The position numbers and the translations under genes are program-made. DNA of 64,000 nucleotides from an uncultured bacterium (GTDB lineage Bacteria; Oederibacteriota; JAAXVQ01), in the NCBI GenBank assembly GCA_964593065.1, contig CAZQGO010000007.1, positions 32,708-96,707 of the forward strand. The letters are read 5' to 3'. Shown here in pieces: positions 38,736 to 48,634 of this stretch; within the stretch, counting starts at the first letter, position 1; each line of letters begins with the position of its first letter. The notes under the pieces were generated by a model. That model did not search any database, was not told the DNA's origin, and saw only the letters and a program-made list of their open reading frames with translations.

Positions 38736-39491
38736 TCATTCCGGAAGAATGTCCGCGCTTTTCACCCAGCCTTTATAGCCCTCCGCCGGCAGGCCGATGG
38801 CGATCCAGTCGCCTTCGCGGCCCAACAGGCGGACCTCGCGACCCTCCGGTACGATGAATCCCACCTGATATTCCGCGCTGGGCCCGTTGCGGGCTTCCGC
38901 CTGCCCCGCGATGACGACGCCCCAGCGATGGATGCGTTCCAGCACGATGCGGACGGAGGCCCAGCTGGCCAAGACCACGAACAAAATGGAGATGCCGGCC
39001 AGCAGCCACCGCAAGCCGGGAAATTTGTCCCGCGCCAGGAGCCAAAACATCACCAGGACGGCCAGCCCCACGTAGGCGCCCAAGGCGGTCAGGGCCAGCG
39101 CCTGCCCGGAGAACGCGGTGAGGAGCCGTCCCGCCAGGCGGGTCAATTGACCGGTCTGGTCCTGGGGCTGCTGCACGAATCGCCGGGCGTACTTGAGGTT
39201 GAAGAGGACGTCTTCGTCTCCCGGGGCCCTTTTCAGCGCTTGCCGGTAGGCGGCGATCGCCCGGCCCAAGTGCCCGGCTTTGAATTCGGCGTTGCCGAGG
39301 TTGTAATAGACCTCCGCGCGGTTCAATCCCTGCGCCAGGAGCTGGCGGTAGTCGGTGCTGGCCTCCGCATAGGCTCCACGATCGTAAGCCGCCCGGGCCT
39401 GCTGCAGCAGATCGGCCGGGTTCTCCCGGGCCGAGGCCGTCGCGGCCAGCAGCAAACAAGTCAAGCCGGCAAAGAACAACCAGGGCCTCAT
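38736..39491 (-). CDS. BatE-like TPR + TM + SH3-like protein of the aerotolerance-type operon
   Basis: Signal peptide, TPR repeats (YYNLGNAEFKAGHLGRAIAAYRQAL), TM segment, C-terminal SH3-like domain. ATGA overlap with the BatD-like gene. Confidence 0.6.
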   Translation of the reverse strand: MRPWLFFAGLTCLLLAATASARENPADLLQQARAAYDRGAYAEASTDYRQLLAQGLNRAEVYYNLGNAEFKAGHLGRAIAAYRQALKRAPGDEDVLFNLKYARRFVQQPQDQTGQLTRLAGRLLTAFSGQALALTALGAYVGLAVLVMFWLLARDKFPGLRWLLAGISILFVVLASWASVRIVLERIHRWGVVIAGQAEARNGPSAEYQVGFIVPEGREVRLLGREGDWIAIGLPAEGYKGWVKSADILPE

Positions 39492-41365
39492 GACTTTTTC
39501 TCCTTGGATTGAATCCGCCCCAGATGCGACAACAGGCTTTCGGCTAGGCGGGCCTGCTGCTCCAGGTCCTTGCCCTCCAGGGCGCTCGGGGCAAAGCGCG
39601 CGTAATCGCAATCCTCCAGCAAGCCGTTCAGGTGCGCGACATCGTCCGGGTTCACCCCTCTTTTCGCCAGTTCCGCGGTCAGTTCTTTCTGTGTGACTCC
39701 CGAACGGGACAAGCCCAGTTGGTCCGCCAGATAACCGGTCAGGGCCTGGGAAACGAAGGCGTAAAAGTTCGGAACGTCGTGATTCCTGCGCGCCTGCTGG
39801 GCCTTGCGCAGGGTCGCGCGGGCGCGGCCCAAAGCCGCCAAGCGGCGGGCGAACAAGGGGTCCGAGGCCAGGCGGAGCCGGCGGCGTTGTCCGACCCAAA
39901 CCAGCAGCACGGCCAGGGGAGGCACGCCAAAACCCAGGATCCAGAAAAGATCCGGCAGGGCCGGGGACGGGGGCGTCAGGGGGAAGCGGGTTTTCAAATA
40001 CCGGATGTCCCGGGACACCATTTTCACACCGGGTGCGGAGGCGCTGGGCAGCGACGCGCCCCCGGCCTCCTCCGCTTGCCCCGGCAAGACCTGCAGCGAG
40101 AGGCCCGGAACCTGCACGCGCTCGAATTTTTTCTTATCGGGGTTGAAGTAGGAATAGGTGAGGGTGGGCAGCGTCAAGGTTCCGGTGACTTCCGGGCGCA
40201 GCAGAGTGCGGTAGGTCTTGACGCCCCGGACTCGGTCGCCTTCCTTCTGCACCTCGGAGGAGGAAATGGTCTCATACACTTTGAAACCCGTGAAGGGCGG
40301 CAGCTCCGGCTTGCCCACCGACTTGACGTTGCCTTCGCCGAAAATCCGTATCTCCAGGGTTACGGCTTCGCCCACCTTGGCCTGCGCGCGGTCCAGTTTG
40401 GCCGACAGCGACCACTTCCCCACCGTGCCGGAGAAATCCGGCGGACGGCCTTCGGTCGGGATGGGTTTGACCTGGAGCGTGATCGGCTTGGTCTCGAGCG
40501 TGACCGGGCGGCCGCTGGAGAAAAAATTCTGGAAAAAGGAATTGTCGAAGGGGTCGAGGGAACGGCGGTTGAAATCCTCGATCTGGACGTCGAGGCGCGC
40601 CGGCCCGATCGTCAATTCGCCGGAGGTGGTGGGAAACAGGGCGGTTTTGATCTCGGTGACCTCGTAATCCGCCCCCCCCACCACTTGCCGGTAGGTTCGC
40701 TGCGGCGGCAGGTCCTCGGCCCAGAAGCCGGTGGTGTCCGGCGGCCGGTACTGGGGCTGGGCCAGGATCGGGATCCGTGAAAAGAAACGGAACGTCAGGG
40801 TCACGGGTTGGTTGACATAGACCTGGTGCCGGTCCACGTCGGTGGTGATGAAAACGGCCGAACCGGCTTTGGGCGCGGCCGGGGGAGGGAGTGCGGGCGC
40901 CGCCCGGGACGGACCTGCGGGACGTGCCGGCCCCGGAAGCTGGGCCTGGCCGCCGGCGGCGGTCACTTGGACCTCGATGGGTTGGGTGGAGTAGACCTTT
41001 CCTCCGTGCGTGATGCTGATCGGACCGATGGTAAAAGTACCGGTGTGTTTGGGCACCAAAATATAGGTGTATTGCAGAGATGAGGACACCTGCCCGTTGA
41101 TGAAGGAAAAATTGGTCGAGCTGCCTCCGCGGTAGACCTGAAAATCGGTCAAGTCCGGCAGGGAGGGAGACCCCTGGATGTTCACCTTGCCTTCAATGGT
41201 GATCTGCAAGCGGATGCTTTGTCCCACCCCCGCCTGCTGCGGACTGGCTTGGGCGGAAATGGATAGCTCCTGGGCCGCTGCCGGGGCCGGCACGGCCAGC
41301 ACGGCCGGCGCCAGCAGCAGCGCCGTCAGCCGGAAGAAGCGCAAGCCGGGAAATATGCGTTTCAT
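39488..41365 (-). CDS. BatD-like protein (large secreted/membrane protein of the Bat operon)
   Basis: Signal peptide, long beta-rich ectodomain, C-terminal TM. Confidence 0.65.
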   Translation of the reverse strand: MKRIFPGLRFFRLTALLLAPAVLAVPAPAAAQELSISAQASPQQAGVGQSIRLQITIEGKVNIQGSPSLPDLTDFQVYRGGSSTNFSFINGQVSSSLQYTYILVPKHTGTFTIGPISITHGGKVYSTQPIEVQVTAAGGQAQLPGPARPAGPSRAAPALPPPAAPKAGSAVFITTDVDRHQVYVNQPVTLTFRFFSRIPILAQPQYRPPDTTGFWAEDLPPQRTYRQVVGGADYEVTEIKTALFPTTSGELTIGPARLDVQIEDFNRRSLDPFDNSFFQNFFSSGRPVTLETKPITLQVKPIPTEGRPPDFSGTVGKWSLSAKLDRAQAKVGEAVTLEIRIFGEGNVKSVGKPELPPFTGFKVYETISSSEVQKEGDRVRGVKTYRTLLRPEVTGTLTLPTLTYSYFNPDKKKFERVQVPGLSLQVLPGQAEEAGGASLPSASAPGVKMVSRDIRYLKTRFPLTPPSPALPDLFWILGFGVPPLAVLLVWVGQRRRLRLASDPLFARRLAALGRARATLRKAQQARRNHDVPNFYAFVSQALTGYLADQLGLSRSGVTQKELTAELAKRGVNPDDVAHLNGLLEDCDYARFAPSALEGKDLEQQARLAESLLSHLGRIQSKEKKS

Positions 41366-41448
41366 GAAACGACCTCTCGTCCCCGAGTCGGAAGCCAACG
41401 CCCGCCGGGCGTCCAAATAGGAGCATTATATAGCATATTCGCCGCCGG

Positions 41449-43230
41449 TCACCAATTTTCCTTGACCGACCGCTGACCCTGGCGCCGGTTCATTTCCTCG
41501 AGACGTTTTTGCTGCGCCTCTTGTTCGGATTCGCGGACGGCCTCCAGCAGATTCTTGGCGTCCTCCGGACTCATTTCCCCGGGCCGGGGTGCCCGCCCGG
41601 CGGCTTTTTCCCTCGGGGTTTCCTGCTGCGCGCTTTCCCCTGCGGCCTTCTCGCCGCGGTCGTCCGGGCCGCGCGGCCGGCCGCCCGCGCGGGATGGATT
41701 TTTTTGGCCTGAACCCTGCTGTTGCTCCTGGGACTGCTCAGCCTGTGATGGCTGCTGGTTTTTTTTGGAGCCTTTTTGTTTTTCGGACTGTTTCTGCCGG
41801 TTCTGCGGTTCCTTGACCATCCGCAGGGCCAGGGCGAGGTTGTTCAGGACGTCCGGATCGTGCGGCTTGAGTTTGAGGGCCTGGGCGTAATACTCCAGGG
41901 CCTGGGCGTATTCCTTCTGCTGGAAGAGGGTGTTTCCCAGATTGTACCAGGCCTTGGCACGCAGGCCCCGGTCCTTGGTCCGCAACGCTTCGCGGTAGGC
42001 CTTTTGCGCTTCCGGATATTTTTCCAGCCGGTGATAGGCATTGCCGAGGTCATACTGGACCACCGGGGATCCGGGGTCCTGAATTTGCGCATCGCGGTAT
42101 TTTTGCAGGGCCTGCTGGTACTGCTTTTTCCCGTAGGCGCGGTTGCCCCGGTTGACATCCGCACCCGCGCCCGCGTATGCCGGGATGGCCGCCAGGCAGA
42201 GGAAGGGGAGCAGGAGCAGCCAGGCGCGCTTGCGTTGCGGCAGCCAGAAGGAAAACAGCAGGAGGAGCAAGGCCGGCAGCAGCAGGAACTGAAAGCGGTC
42301 TTCCTGCACGCCGTACCGTCCCGAGGAAATTTCCCGTTTCTGCATGCGCTGAATGATCTCCGCCAAGCGATCCGCCTCCAGGCTGCCGGTCCGCGAGGGC
42401 CAATAGGCCCCGCCGGTGATCTGCGCCATCTCTTTGAGGGTGGTTTCGTCCAGGTGGGAGACCACGGATTCCCCGCGCTCGTTTTTCAGGTAACCCGTGA
42501 CGCGGCCGCCGGCTTCGCGCAGCGGAATGGGTTCCCCCTCGGGCGTGCCGAATCCCAGGGCCAAAATCTTCACCCCGGCGGCCTTGGCGGCCCGGGCCGC
42601 TTCCAGGGGCTCGGAATGATGGTCTTCGCCGTCCGTCAACAGCACAAGCGTGCGGAAACCCTCGCTATTTTTAGGGAAGGTTTCGAGCGCCAGCCGGACG
42701 GCTCCGCCCAGGGAGGTGCCCGGAATGGGAACGCTGGCCGGAGTGAGATAACTCAGAAACATCTTGGCCGCCGTGTAATCCGTCGTCAGCGGGCAGGCCA
42801 CCTGGGCGCTGCCGGCAAAGGCGATGACGCCGATCCGGTCGCCGTGCAGCTGGTCAATCAGGGCATTGAGTTCCTGCTGGGCCCGCTGGAGGCGGTTGGG
42901 TTTGATGTCCTCGGCCAGCATGGACTTGGAAACGTCCAGGGCGATGATCACGTCCTGGCCCCGCTGGTGGATCTCGACCATCTTGCTGCCCCATTGCGGC
43001 CCGGCCAAGGCGAAAGCCAACAAAAACAGCCCCAGCATGAAGGTCAGGGTTTTCAGGATGCGGCGGTCGGCCGACCAGTGCGCCGTCAAGCGCGCCACGG
43101 CTTCCGGGACTGCGAAAGCCCGCAATTCGCGCCGCCGGCGCCACCGGGCCAGCAGGCCGGCGGCCGGCATGAGCAGCGCCAGGACCAAAGCCAGGTAAAG
43201 AAAGAAGGGGTGTGAAAATTGCATGGTCAC
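41449..43230 (-). CDS. Fused BatB/BatC-like protein (TM + VWA domain + TM + TPR repeats + disordered Q/E/K-rich tail)
   Basis: VWA MIDAS (DVSKSM...TDGEDH), then TPR repeats (YDLGNAYHRLEKYPEAQKAYREAL...). Confidence 0.7.
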   Translation of the reverse strand: MTMQFSHPFFLYLALVLALLMPAAGLLARWRRRRELRAFAVPEAVARLTAHWSADRRILKTLTFMLGLFLLAFALAGPQWGSKMVEIHQRGQDVIIALDVSKSMLAEDIKPNRLQRAQQELNALIDQLHGDRIGVIAFAGSAQVACPLTTDYTAAKMFLSYLTPASVPIPGTSLGGAVRLALETFPKNSEGFRTLVLLTDGEDHHSEPLEAARAAKAAGVKILALGFGTPEGEPIPLREAGGRVTGYLKNERGESVVSHLDETTLKEMAQITGGAYWPSRTGSLEADRLAEIIQRMQKREISSGRYGVQEDRFQFLLLPALLLLLFSFWLPQRKRAWLLLLPFLCLAAIPAYAGAGADVNRGNRAYGKKQYQQALQKYRDAQIQDPGSPVVQYDLGNAYHRLEKYPEAQKAYREALRTKDRGLRAKAWYNLGNTLFQQKEYAQALEYYAQALKLKPHDPDVLNNLALALRMVKEPQNRQKQSEKQKGSKKNQQPSQAEQSQEQQQGSGQKNPSRAGGRPRGPDDRGEKAAGESAQQETPREKAAGRAPRPGEMSPEDAKNLLEAVRESEQEAQQKRLEEMNRRQGQRSVKENW

Positions 43231-43260
43231 CTCGCCGCCGTGCAGGCGGCACGCGCCTCT

Positions 43261-44253
43261 TTAAGGGATGCGCCGGAAAACGGTCTCGCCCAGGACGGCC
43301 GTCAAGGCGAGCAAGAACAGGGCGGCGCCGAGCCACCCGGGATACAAGTCCCGGTAGTGGGTGAATTTCCGGATTTTGTACTGGCTCTTCTCGAGCTCGT
43401 TGATCTTGCGGAAAATCTCCTCCAAGCCGCGGCTGTCCTTGGCACGAAAATACAGGCCGCGGCTGGCGGCGGCCACCGCCTGCAGGGTTTTTTCGTCCAG
43501 TTCCTCGCCCGGGATGCGGACATAGCGGGTGCCGAACAGCGGGTCCTGCACGGGCATCATGCCCCCTTCCGGTGAGCCGGCGCCCACGGCGTAAATTTTG
43601 ATGCCCAGGGCGGCGGCCAAGCGGGCGGCGGTCAGGGGGTCGATGGCGCCCTGATTGTTCCGGCCGTCGGTGATGAGGATGATCACCTTGCTTTTGGCAT
43701 GGGACTCCCGCAGGCGGTCGGCGGAGGTGGCCAGGGCCATGCCGATGGCCGTGCCGTCCACGTGCGTCATGTCAATGGAAACCTGCTGGAGCAAATCCAG
43801 CAAGGCCCGTTTGTCGGTCGTCAAGGGGCACACGGTTACGGCCACGCCGCCGAACACCACCAGCCCGATGCGGTCCCGCGGCCGTTCCTCGATGAACTGC
43901 TTGGCCACTTCCTTGGCCGCACCCAGGCGGTTCTGCGGCTTGAAATCGATGGAACGCATGGAACCGGAGGTGTCCAAGCAGAGGATGATATCCACGCCCC
44001 GGCCGGAAATCTGCTCCGTGGTCAGGCCGAACTGCGGACGGGCCATGGCGATCACAGCCACAACCAGTGCCAGCACCGTCAAGCCGCCCAAAATTTCATC
44101 CGGCCCCACGGCGGGTCGTGGCCAGGCCCGGTCGATTGTTTCCAGTTCCGAGTATTTCAGGCCCAGCGGTTTTTTGGCCCTGAACCAGAACAGGGCCCCC
44201 AGGGCGGCCACGGGCAGCAGCAACAGCAGCCACCAGGGATCCGCGAATCTCAT
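43261..44253 (-). CDS. BatA-like VWA domain membrane protein
   Basis: Two TM helices plus VWA with MIDAS (LDTSGSM...TDGRNN). Confidence 0.75.
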   Translation of the reverse strand: MRFADPWWLLLLLPVAALGALFWFRAKKPLGLKYSELETIDRAWPRPAVGPDEILGGLTVLALVVAVIAMARPQFGLTTEQISGRGVDIILCLDTSGSMRSIDFKPQNRLGAAKEVAKQFIEERPRDRIGLVVFGGVAVTVCPLTTDKRALLDLLQQVSIDMTHVDGTAIGMALATSADRLRESHAKSKVIILITDGRNNQGAIDPLTAARLAAALGIKIYAVGAGSPEGGMMPVQDPLFGTRYVRIPGEELDEKTLQAVAAASRGLYFRAKDSRGLEEIFRKINELEKSQYKIRKFTHYRDLYPGWLGAALFLLALTAVLGETVFRRIP

Positions 44254-45302
44254 GGCCGTCCTCCTTTCTGCAGCGGTGTTGCCCCGCCGGGGCCGGGTTC
44301 CGGCGCGGAGGTTTCGTTCCCGGGCACTGCGGGTACGGGCGTTGTGCGCACGATCCAGTCATCGGCGGACCGCCAGTCAAGGTCCGCCTCTTTTTCCCCG
44401 GGGCGAAATTTGGCGAATTTGACCATGTCGCTGCGTTCCAGGACTTCCCTCAAAACGGCGGACTCCGGTCGCTGCAGGTCGGTGGATTTTAAATTTCGCA
44501 TCAATTCCAGGGTGGTCCGGTCCATGGCTTGAACCCGGAAGCGCCCCTCGACGTAGCGCCGCAGAATGTCGGAGAGCTCGCTGTAAAAAATCTTGAATTC
44601 ACCGCTGGCCGGATAATTCCTCGCGCGCAGGGTTTCGAGCCGCTGGCGGGCCAGGACGTCCGGCGGCAGCGAGGGACGCGACTCCTGCCCCTCGGCCAAC
44701 CGCTGCTTCCGGCGAAAATACCACAAACCGCCGGCCAGTCCCGCCCCCAGCAGGAGCGCGCCCACCACGACCAGCCACAGGGGGAAGAAGCCAACGGGAC
44801 GTTTCAGGTCGTGCAGGAACTTGGGCAGGTTGGCGCCGGGCACCGGCGGGGGCTGGACCTGCACGGGCAGGGGCGCGGACCGGTACTCCCCCGTCTGCCC
44901 GTCGGCCGAGCGGAAGCGGGCCGTCAGCGAGGGCACGGGCACGTCGCCCTGCGAATAGGTCAGCAGGGTCAAGCGGTCCTCGCGCGTCCTTGTTCCCCGC
45001 TGATTTTTCGTCTTGCCCTGCGCGGCCTTCAGAATCACCCACTCCCCGAGGGGCTGGGGATACGCCGGTCCCGACAGGGTTACTCCGGCCTGCGCCCGCG
45101 TGCGGACCGCGATTTCCACGGGACGGCCAGCCTGGGGTTTGGGGGTGACCATGGCGATTTCCACGGCCACCGGCGGCGGTCCCGCCGGTTCGGCCTGGAC
45201 GACGGCTGTATTCGCGGCGGTTTCCACCTGCAGCGCCGGGGCGGAGGCGGGAACCGCCAAACAGCCGATGACCAGCAGGGTTCGGACGGCGCAGGATTTC
45301 AT
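44250..45302 (-). CDS. Hypothetical membrane-anchored protein of the Bat/aerotolerance operon (the third operon gene in Bacteroides, DUF4381-like)
   Basis: Signal peptide, internal TM (FFPLWLVVVGALLLGAGLAGGLWYF). Confidence 0.45.
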   Translation of the reverse strand: MKSCAVRTLLVIGCLAVPASAPALQVETAANTAVVQAEPAGPPPVAVEIAMVTPKPQAGRPVEIAVRTRAQAGVTLSGPAYPQPLGEWVILKAAQGKTKNQRGTRTREDRLTLLTYSQGDVPVPSLTARFRSADGQTGEYRSAPLPVQVQPPPVPGANLPKFLHDLKRPVGFFPLWLVVVGALLLGAGLAGGLWYFRRKQRLAEGQESRPSLPPDVLARQRLETLRARNYPASGEFKIFYSELSDILRRYVEGRFRVQAMDRTTLELMRNLKSTDLQRPESAVLREVLERSDMVKFAKFRPGEKEADLDWRSADDWIVRTTPVPAVPGNETSAPEPGPGGATPLQKGGRP

Positions 45303-45337
45303 TCTTCACCTTTCCGGTTTTATTCTCGGCCGGACCG

Positions 45338-46216
45338 TTACCGGAAACGCCGGGCCCGCATGCGGAAGAAACTCAGCAGCGGTTCGACGTAGGGACGGTC
45401 CGTGAAGAGTTCAATGCGGTCCACGCCCAGCTTGCGGAAAGTTTCCTGCCGTTTCCCGCGCAAGCGCGCCTGCAAATCGGCCAGGGCTTTCTGCCCTGCC
45501 GCCGTCCCGGTCCACACCAGCCGGCTGGTGTCGCGTTCCAGGTCTTCCAAGGCCAGGTAGCCCAAGGACGGCAGCCGTTCCTCGCGGGGATCACGGACCT
45601 CAAACGCGATGACGTCGTGGCGGCGGTTGGTGACGGCCAGGGCGCGTTCGTAGTTCTTGGCGAAAAAATCGGAGATGATGAACACGATACAGCGGCGCTT
45701 CAACACCTCGTTGATGAAATCCAGGGGCGGATTCAAATCCGTGCCCTTCCCTTCCGGTTTCGCATACAGGACGTCGCGCAGGATGCGCGACAGGTGCGTG
45801 GTCCCCTTGGCCGGCGGGATGTATTTTTCCACCCGGTCCGTGAACAGCAGGGCACCGACGCGGTCGTTGTTCTTGATGGCCGTGTAGGCCAGCACCCCGG
45901 AGAGTTCGGCCGCCATCTCCATCTTGGTTTGGGCGCGTGTGCCGAACTGCTGGGAACCCGATGCGTCCACCAGCAAGAGGATGGTCAGCTCGCGTTCCTC
46001 CACGAACTTCTTAATGTGGGGCCGGCCCGTGCGGGCGGTCACGTTCCAGTCAATGGAACGGATATCGTCCCCCGGCAGGTATTCCCGCACCTCCTCGAAC
46101 TCCATGCCGCGGCCCTTGAACACGCTCTCGTACTGGCCGGCAAACAGCTCGTTGACGATGCGGCCGGTGCGGATCTCGAGGCGCCGGATCTTGGCCATGA
46201 CCTCCTTGGGCAGCAT
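45338..46216 (-). CDS. DUF58 domain protein (VWA-like, MoxR-associated)
   Basis: GQYESVFKGRGMEFEEVREYLPGDDIRSIDW DUF58 signature. Confidence 0.8.
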   Translation of the reverse strand: MLPKEVMAKIRRLEIRTGRIVNELFAGQYESVFKGRGMEFEEVREYLPGDDIRSIDWNVTARTGRPHIKKFVEERELTILLLVDASGSQQFGTRAQTKMEMAAELSGVLAYTAIKNNDRVGALLFTDRVEKYIPPAKGTTHLSRILRDVLYAKPEGKGTDLNPPLDFINEVLKRRCIVFIISDFFAKNYERALAVTNRRHDVIAFEVRDPREERLPSLGYLALEDLERDTSRLVWTGTAAGQKALADLQARLRGKRQETFRKLGVDRIELFTDRPYVEPLLSFFRMRARRFR

Positions 46217-46219
46217 GGT

Positions 46220-47209
46220 TTACGGCACCTCGATGCCGTCGAACACGCTCTGGACGATATTTTCCGAATTCACCTGCTCGGCTTCGGCCTCGTAGGTTAC
46301 GATGATGCGGTGGCGCAGGACATCCAGGCCGATGGTCTTGACGTCCTCGGGAGTGATGAACCCGCGGCCGCTTAAGAAGGCGTAGGCCTTGGCCGCTTCG
46401 GTCAGGCTTAAGGTGGCGCGGGGCGAGGCGCCGTAGGCAATGAGGCCCTTCAGGTCCTTTAGGCCCGCGGTTTCGGGATCCCGCGTCGCGAAAACCAGAT
46501 CGATGATGTATTTTTGCATTTTCTCGTCGACATAGATCTGCTCCACGAGCTTGCGGGCCTTGAGGATATCCCTGGTGGTCACCACTTTTTCGGCCCGCGG
46601 GGGATCGCCCGTGGTCATGCGCAGCAGGATGGCTTTTTCCTCCTCGCGGCTGGGATAATCGACTTTGAGCTTGAGAAGAAAGCGGTCCACCTGGGCTTCC
46701 GGCAGGGGATAGGTTCCCTGCTGTTCAATCGGATTCTGGGTCGCCAGCACCAGGAACGGCTCCTCCAGGGGAAAGGTGTGGTCGCCGATGGTCACCTGGC
46801 GTTCCTGCATGGCTTCCAGGAGCGCGCTCTGCACCTTGGCCGGGGCGCGGTTGATCTCGTCGGCCAGGATGAGGTTGGCGAAAATCGGTCCTTTTTTCAC
46901 CGTGAACCCTTCGCCCTTGGGCTGGTAGATCATGGTTCCGATCAGGTCGGCGGGCAGCAAGTCGGGCGTGAATTGCAGGCGCTGGAAACTGGCGTCCACG
47001 CAGGCCGCCAGCGTCCTGACCGCTAAGGTTTTGGCCAGCCCGGGCACGCCCTCCAGCAGCACATGGCCGTTGGCCAACAACCCGATGAGCAGGCCGTCGA
47101 CCAGGCCATGTTGCCCCACAATGACCCGGCCGATTTCCTGCCGCAGGGCTTCGACAAATACGCTTTCTTTCCTGACACGCTCGGTCAATGCCCGAATATC
47201 CTTGTCCAT
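46220..47209 (-). CDS. MoxR family AAA+ ATPase
   Basis: Walker A GVPGLAKT; Walker B ILADEINRA; NPIEQQGTYPLPEAQ. Confidence 0.85.
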   Translation of the reverse strand: MDKDIRALTERVRKESVFVEALRQEIGRVIVGQHGLVDGLLIGLLANGHVLLEGVPGLAKTLAVRTLAACVDASFQRLQFTPDLLPADLIGTMIYQPKGEGFTVKKGPIFANLILADEINRAPAKVQSALLEAMQERQVTIGDHTFPLEEPFLVLATQNPIEQQGTYPLPEAQVDRFLLKLKVDYPSREEEKAILLRMTTGDPPRAEKVVTTRDILKARKLVEQIYVDEKMQKYIIDLVFATRDPETAGLKDLKGLIAYGASPRATLSLTEAAKAYAFLSGRGFITPEDVKTIGLDVLRHRIIVTYEAEAEQVNSENIVQSVFDGIEVP

Positions 47210-47314
47210 GACTTCCTCCCGTGTTTGATAGCAATCGTTCCCGTGCGACTGGCTGATGATTCCTTCGCCCAAATATAAGCTCCCGGGGCTGGTTTTCCAA
47301 GTCTGCAGCCGTCT

Positions 47315-48634
47315 TTACGGCTCCAGGATTAAACCGCTCTCCACGCGTTCCAGGAGGGAACCCGGGCGGCTGCCGGTTCCCAAAGACAGGTCCGATACGA
47401 CCACGCGGGCGACGCGGCGGACAAAATCGCCGTCTTGGTCCTGTGCTTGAATTCCGTACAAATTGTGGAGGACATAAGTTCGGTTCCCTTCCCGTCCGAT
47501 CATCAGCATGATATGCCCCGGCATATATAATAAGGAAGACCCGGCAGGCAATTCCGCCAATTTTCGCTGTTTGTCCCGCACGCTCTTTCCCAGGGGGACT
47601 TCCCGCAAGGCCCTGCGTACAGCGGTCGTGCTTCTGGGCAAGTCCAGGCCGCACGCCAATCCGATCCGGCGGATCGTCTCGGAACAGTCTCCGAACCCGG
47701 AGGTGCCGCCCCATCCGTACGGCTTGCCCAGCAGGCGGAAAGCCTGCGTCAACAACATCCGCCGTGTGCACGGCAGCGGCATCGGCGCGATTGCTTCCGG
47801 CTGCAGCGGCCGCGCGCGGACGAAGTTTAAGGCTCCGTCCGCGGAGCGCGCCGGCAACCACCAGGTTTCATTTCCTGCGGGGCGCAGGCGGCAGCCCATG
47901 CGGGCGCTTTGTTCCCAGCGGCTGCCATCCGGCAGGACGAAGAAAATTTCCGCCGCTACGACCACGGCGGTGGCCCGCGCCCGGTATTCATCCAGGCTGC
48001 GCCGGTCCGCCGCAAGCGCCACATCCCGCGCCGGCACCCAGCCTAAACCCGGCTCCGACGCCACATACAACCAATGCCCGTCCCGGCTGGCATGCAAAAC
48101 CGCCACCGGTTCCGCCAAACGCAACCCCGAATGCATCAGCACGTTGAATTCCAAATCCAGCGGCCTGGTGGTTGCCAGCAAAAATGCGGGAACCAGACGC
48201 AACGAAGTCCGGCGAATCGTCAAACCCCAACGTGTTTTTTTTGACCCCTGTACCGCGGAACGGTTCACATTGCTTTTGAGTTCGGTAAAGACCGCGGGTC
48301 CAATCCGTTCGCCCCGGCGATTGTACCGGGCCACGCGCTCCAGGTAGGAGTCGTTTTCCGCCAGCCACGCAAGCAATTGCGGGGCGGACACGAGGTCCGG
48401 AAAGCCGTTCAGATCCTGCAGGAGTCCCTCCCGCCGCCAGCGGTCCCGCAAGGCCTCCGTCGCGGCGGCGGAAACGATCACCCGGTCGGGGTCGGGCGCG
48501 CGTTGAATCCAATATTCCGCCCGGAGCATGGACCGCGCCACGTGGGGCAGGTGGCTGGGGCCTTCCACGATCCGGAACGGGGTTGCCCCGGTCAGCAGGA
48601 ACAGGGCCGCGATCCAGAGGGTTTTCGCCCTCAT
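47315..48634 (-). CDS. NlpC/P60 (C40) family peptidase with N-terminal SH3b-like domains, paralog B
   Basis: Signal peptide; GKPYGWGGTSGFGDCSE (catalytic Cys) and MPGHIMLMIG (His). ATGA overlap with paralog A. Confidence 0.75.
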   Translation of the reverse strand: MRAKTLWIAALFLLTGATPFRIVEGPSHLPHVARSMLRAEYWIQRAPDPDRVIVSAAATEALRDRWRREGLLQDLNGFPDLVSAPQLLAWLAENDSYLERVARYNRRGERIGPAVFTELKSNVNRSAVQGSKKTRWGLTIRRTSLRLVPAFLLATTRPLDLEFNVLMHSGLRLAEPVAVLHASRDGHWLYVASEPGLGWVPARDVALAADRRSLDEYRARATAVVVAAEIFFVLPDGSRWEQSARMGCRLRPAGNETWWLPARSADGALNFVRARPLQPEAIAPMPLPCTRRMLLTQAFRLLGKPYGWGGTSGFGDCSETIRRIGLACGLDLPRSTTAVRRALREVPLGKSVRDKQRKLAELPAGSSLLYMPGHIMLMIGREGNRTYVLHNLYGIQAQDQDGDFVRRVARVVVSDLSLGTGSRPGSLLERVESGLILEP

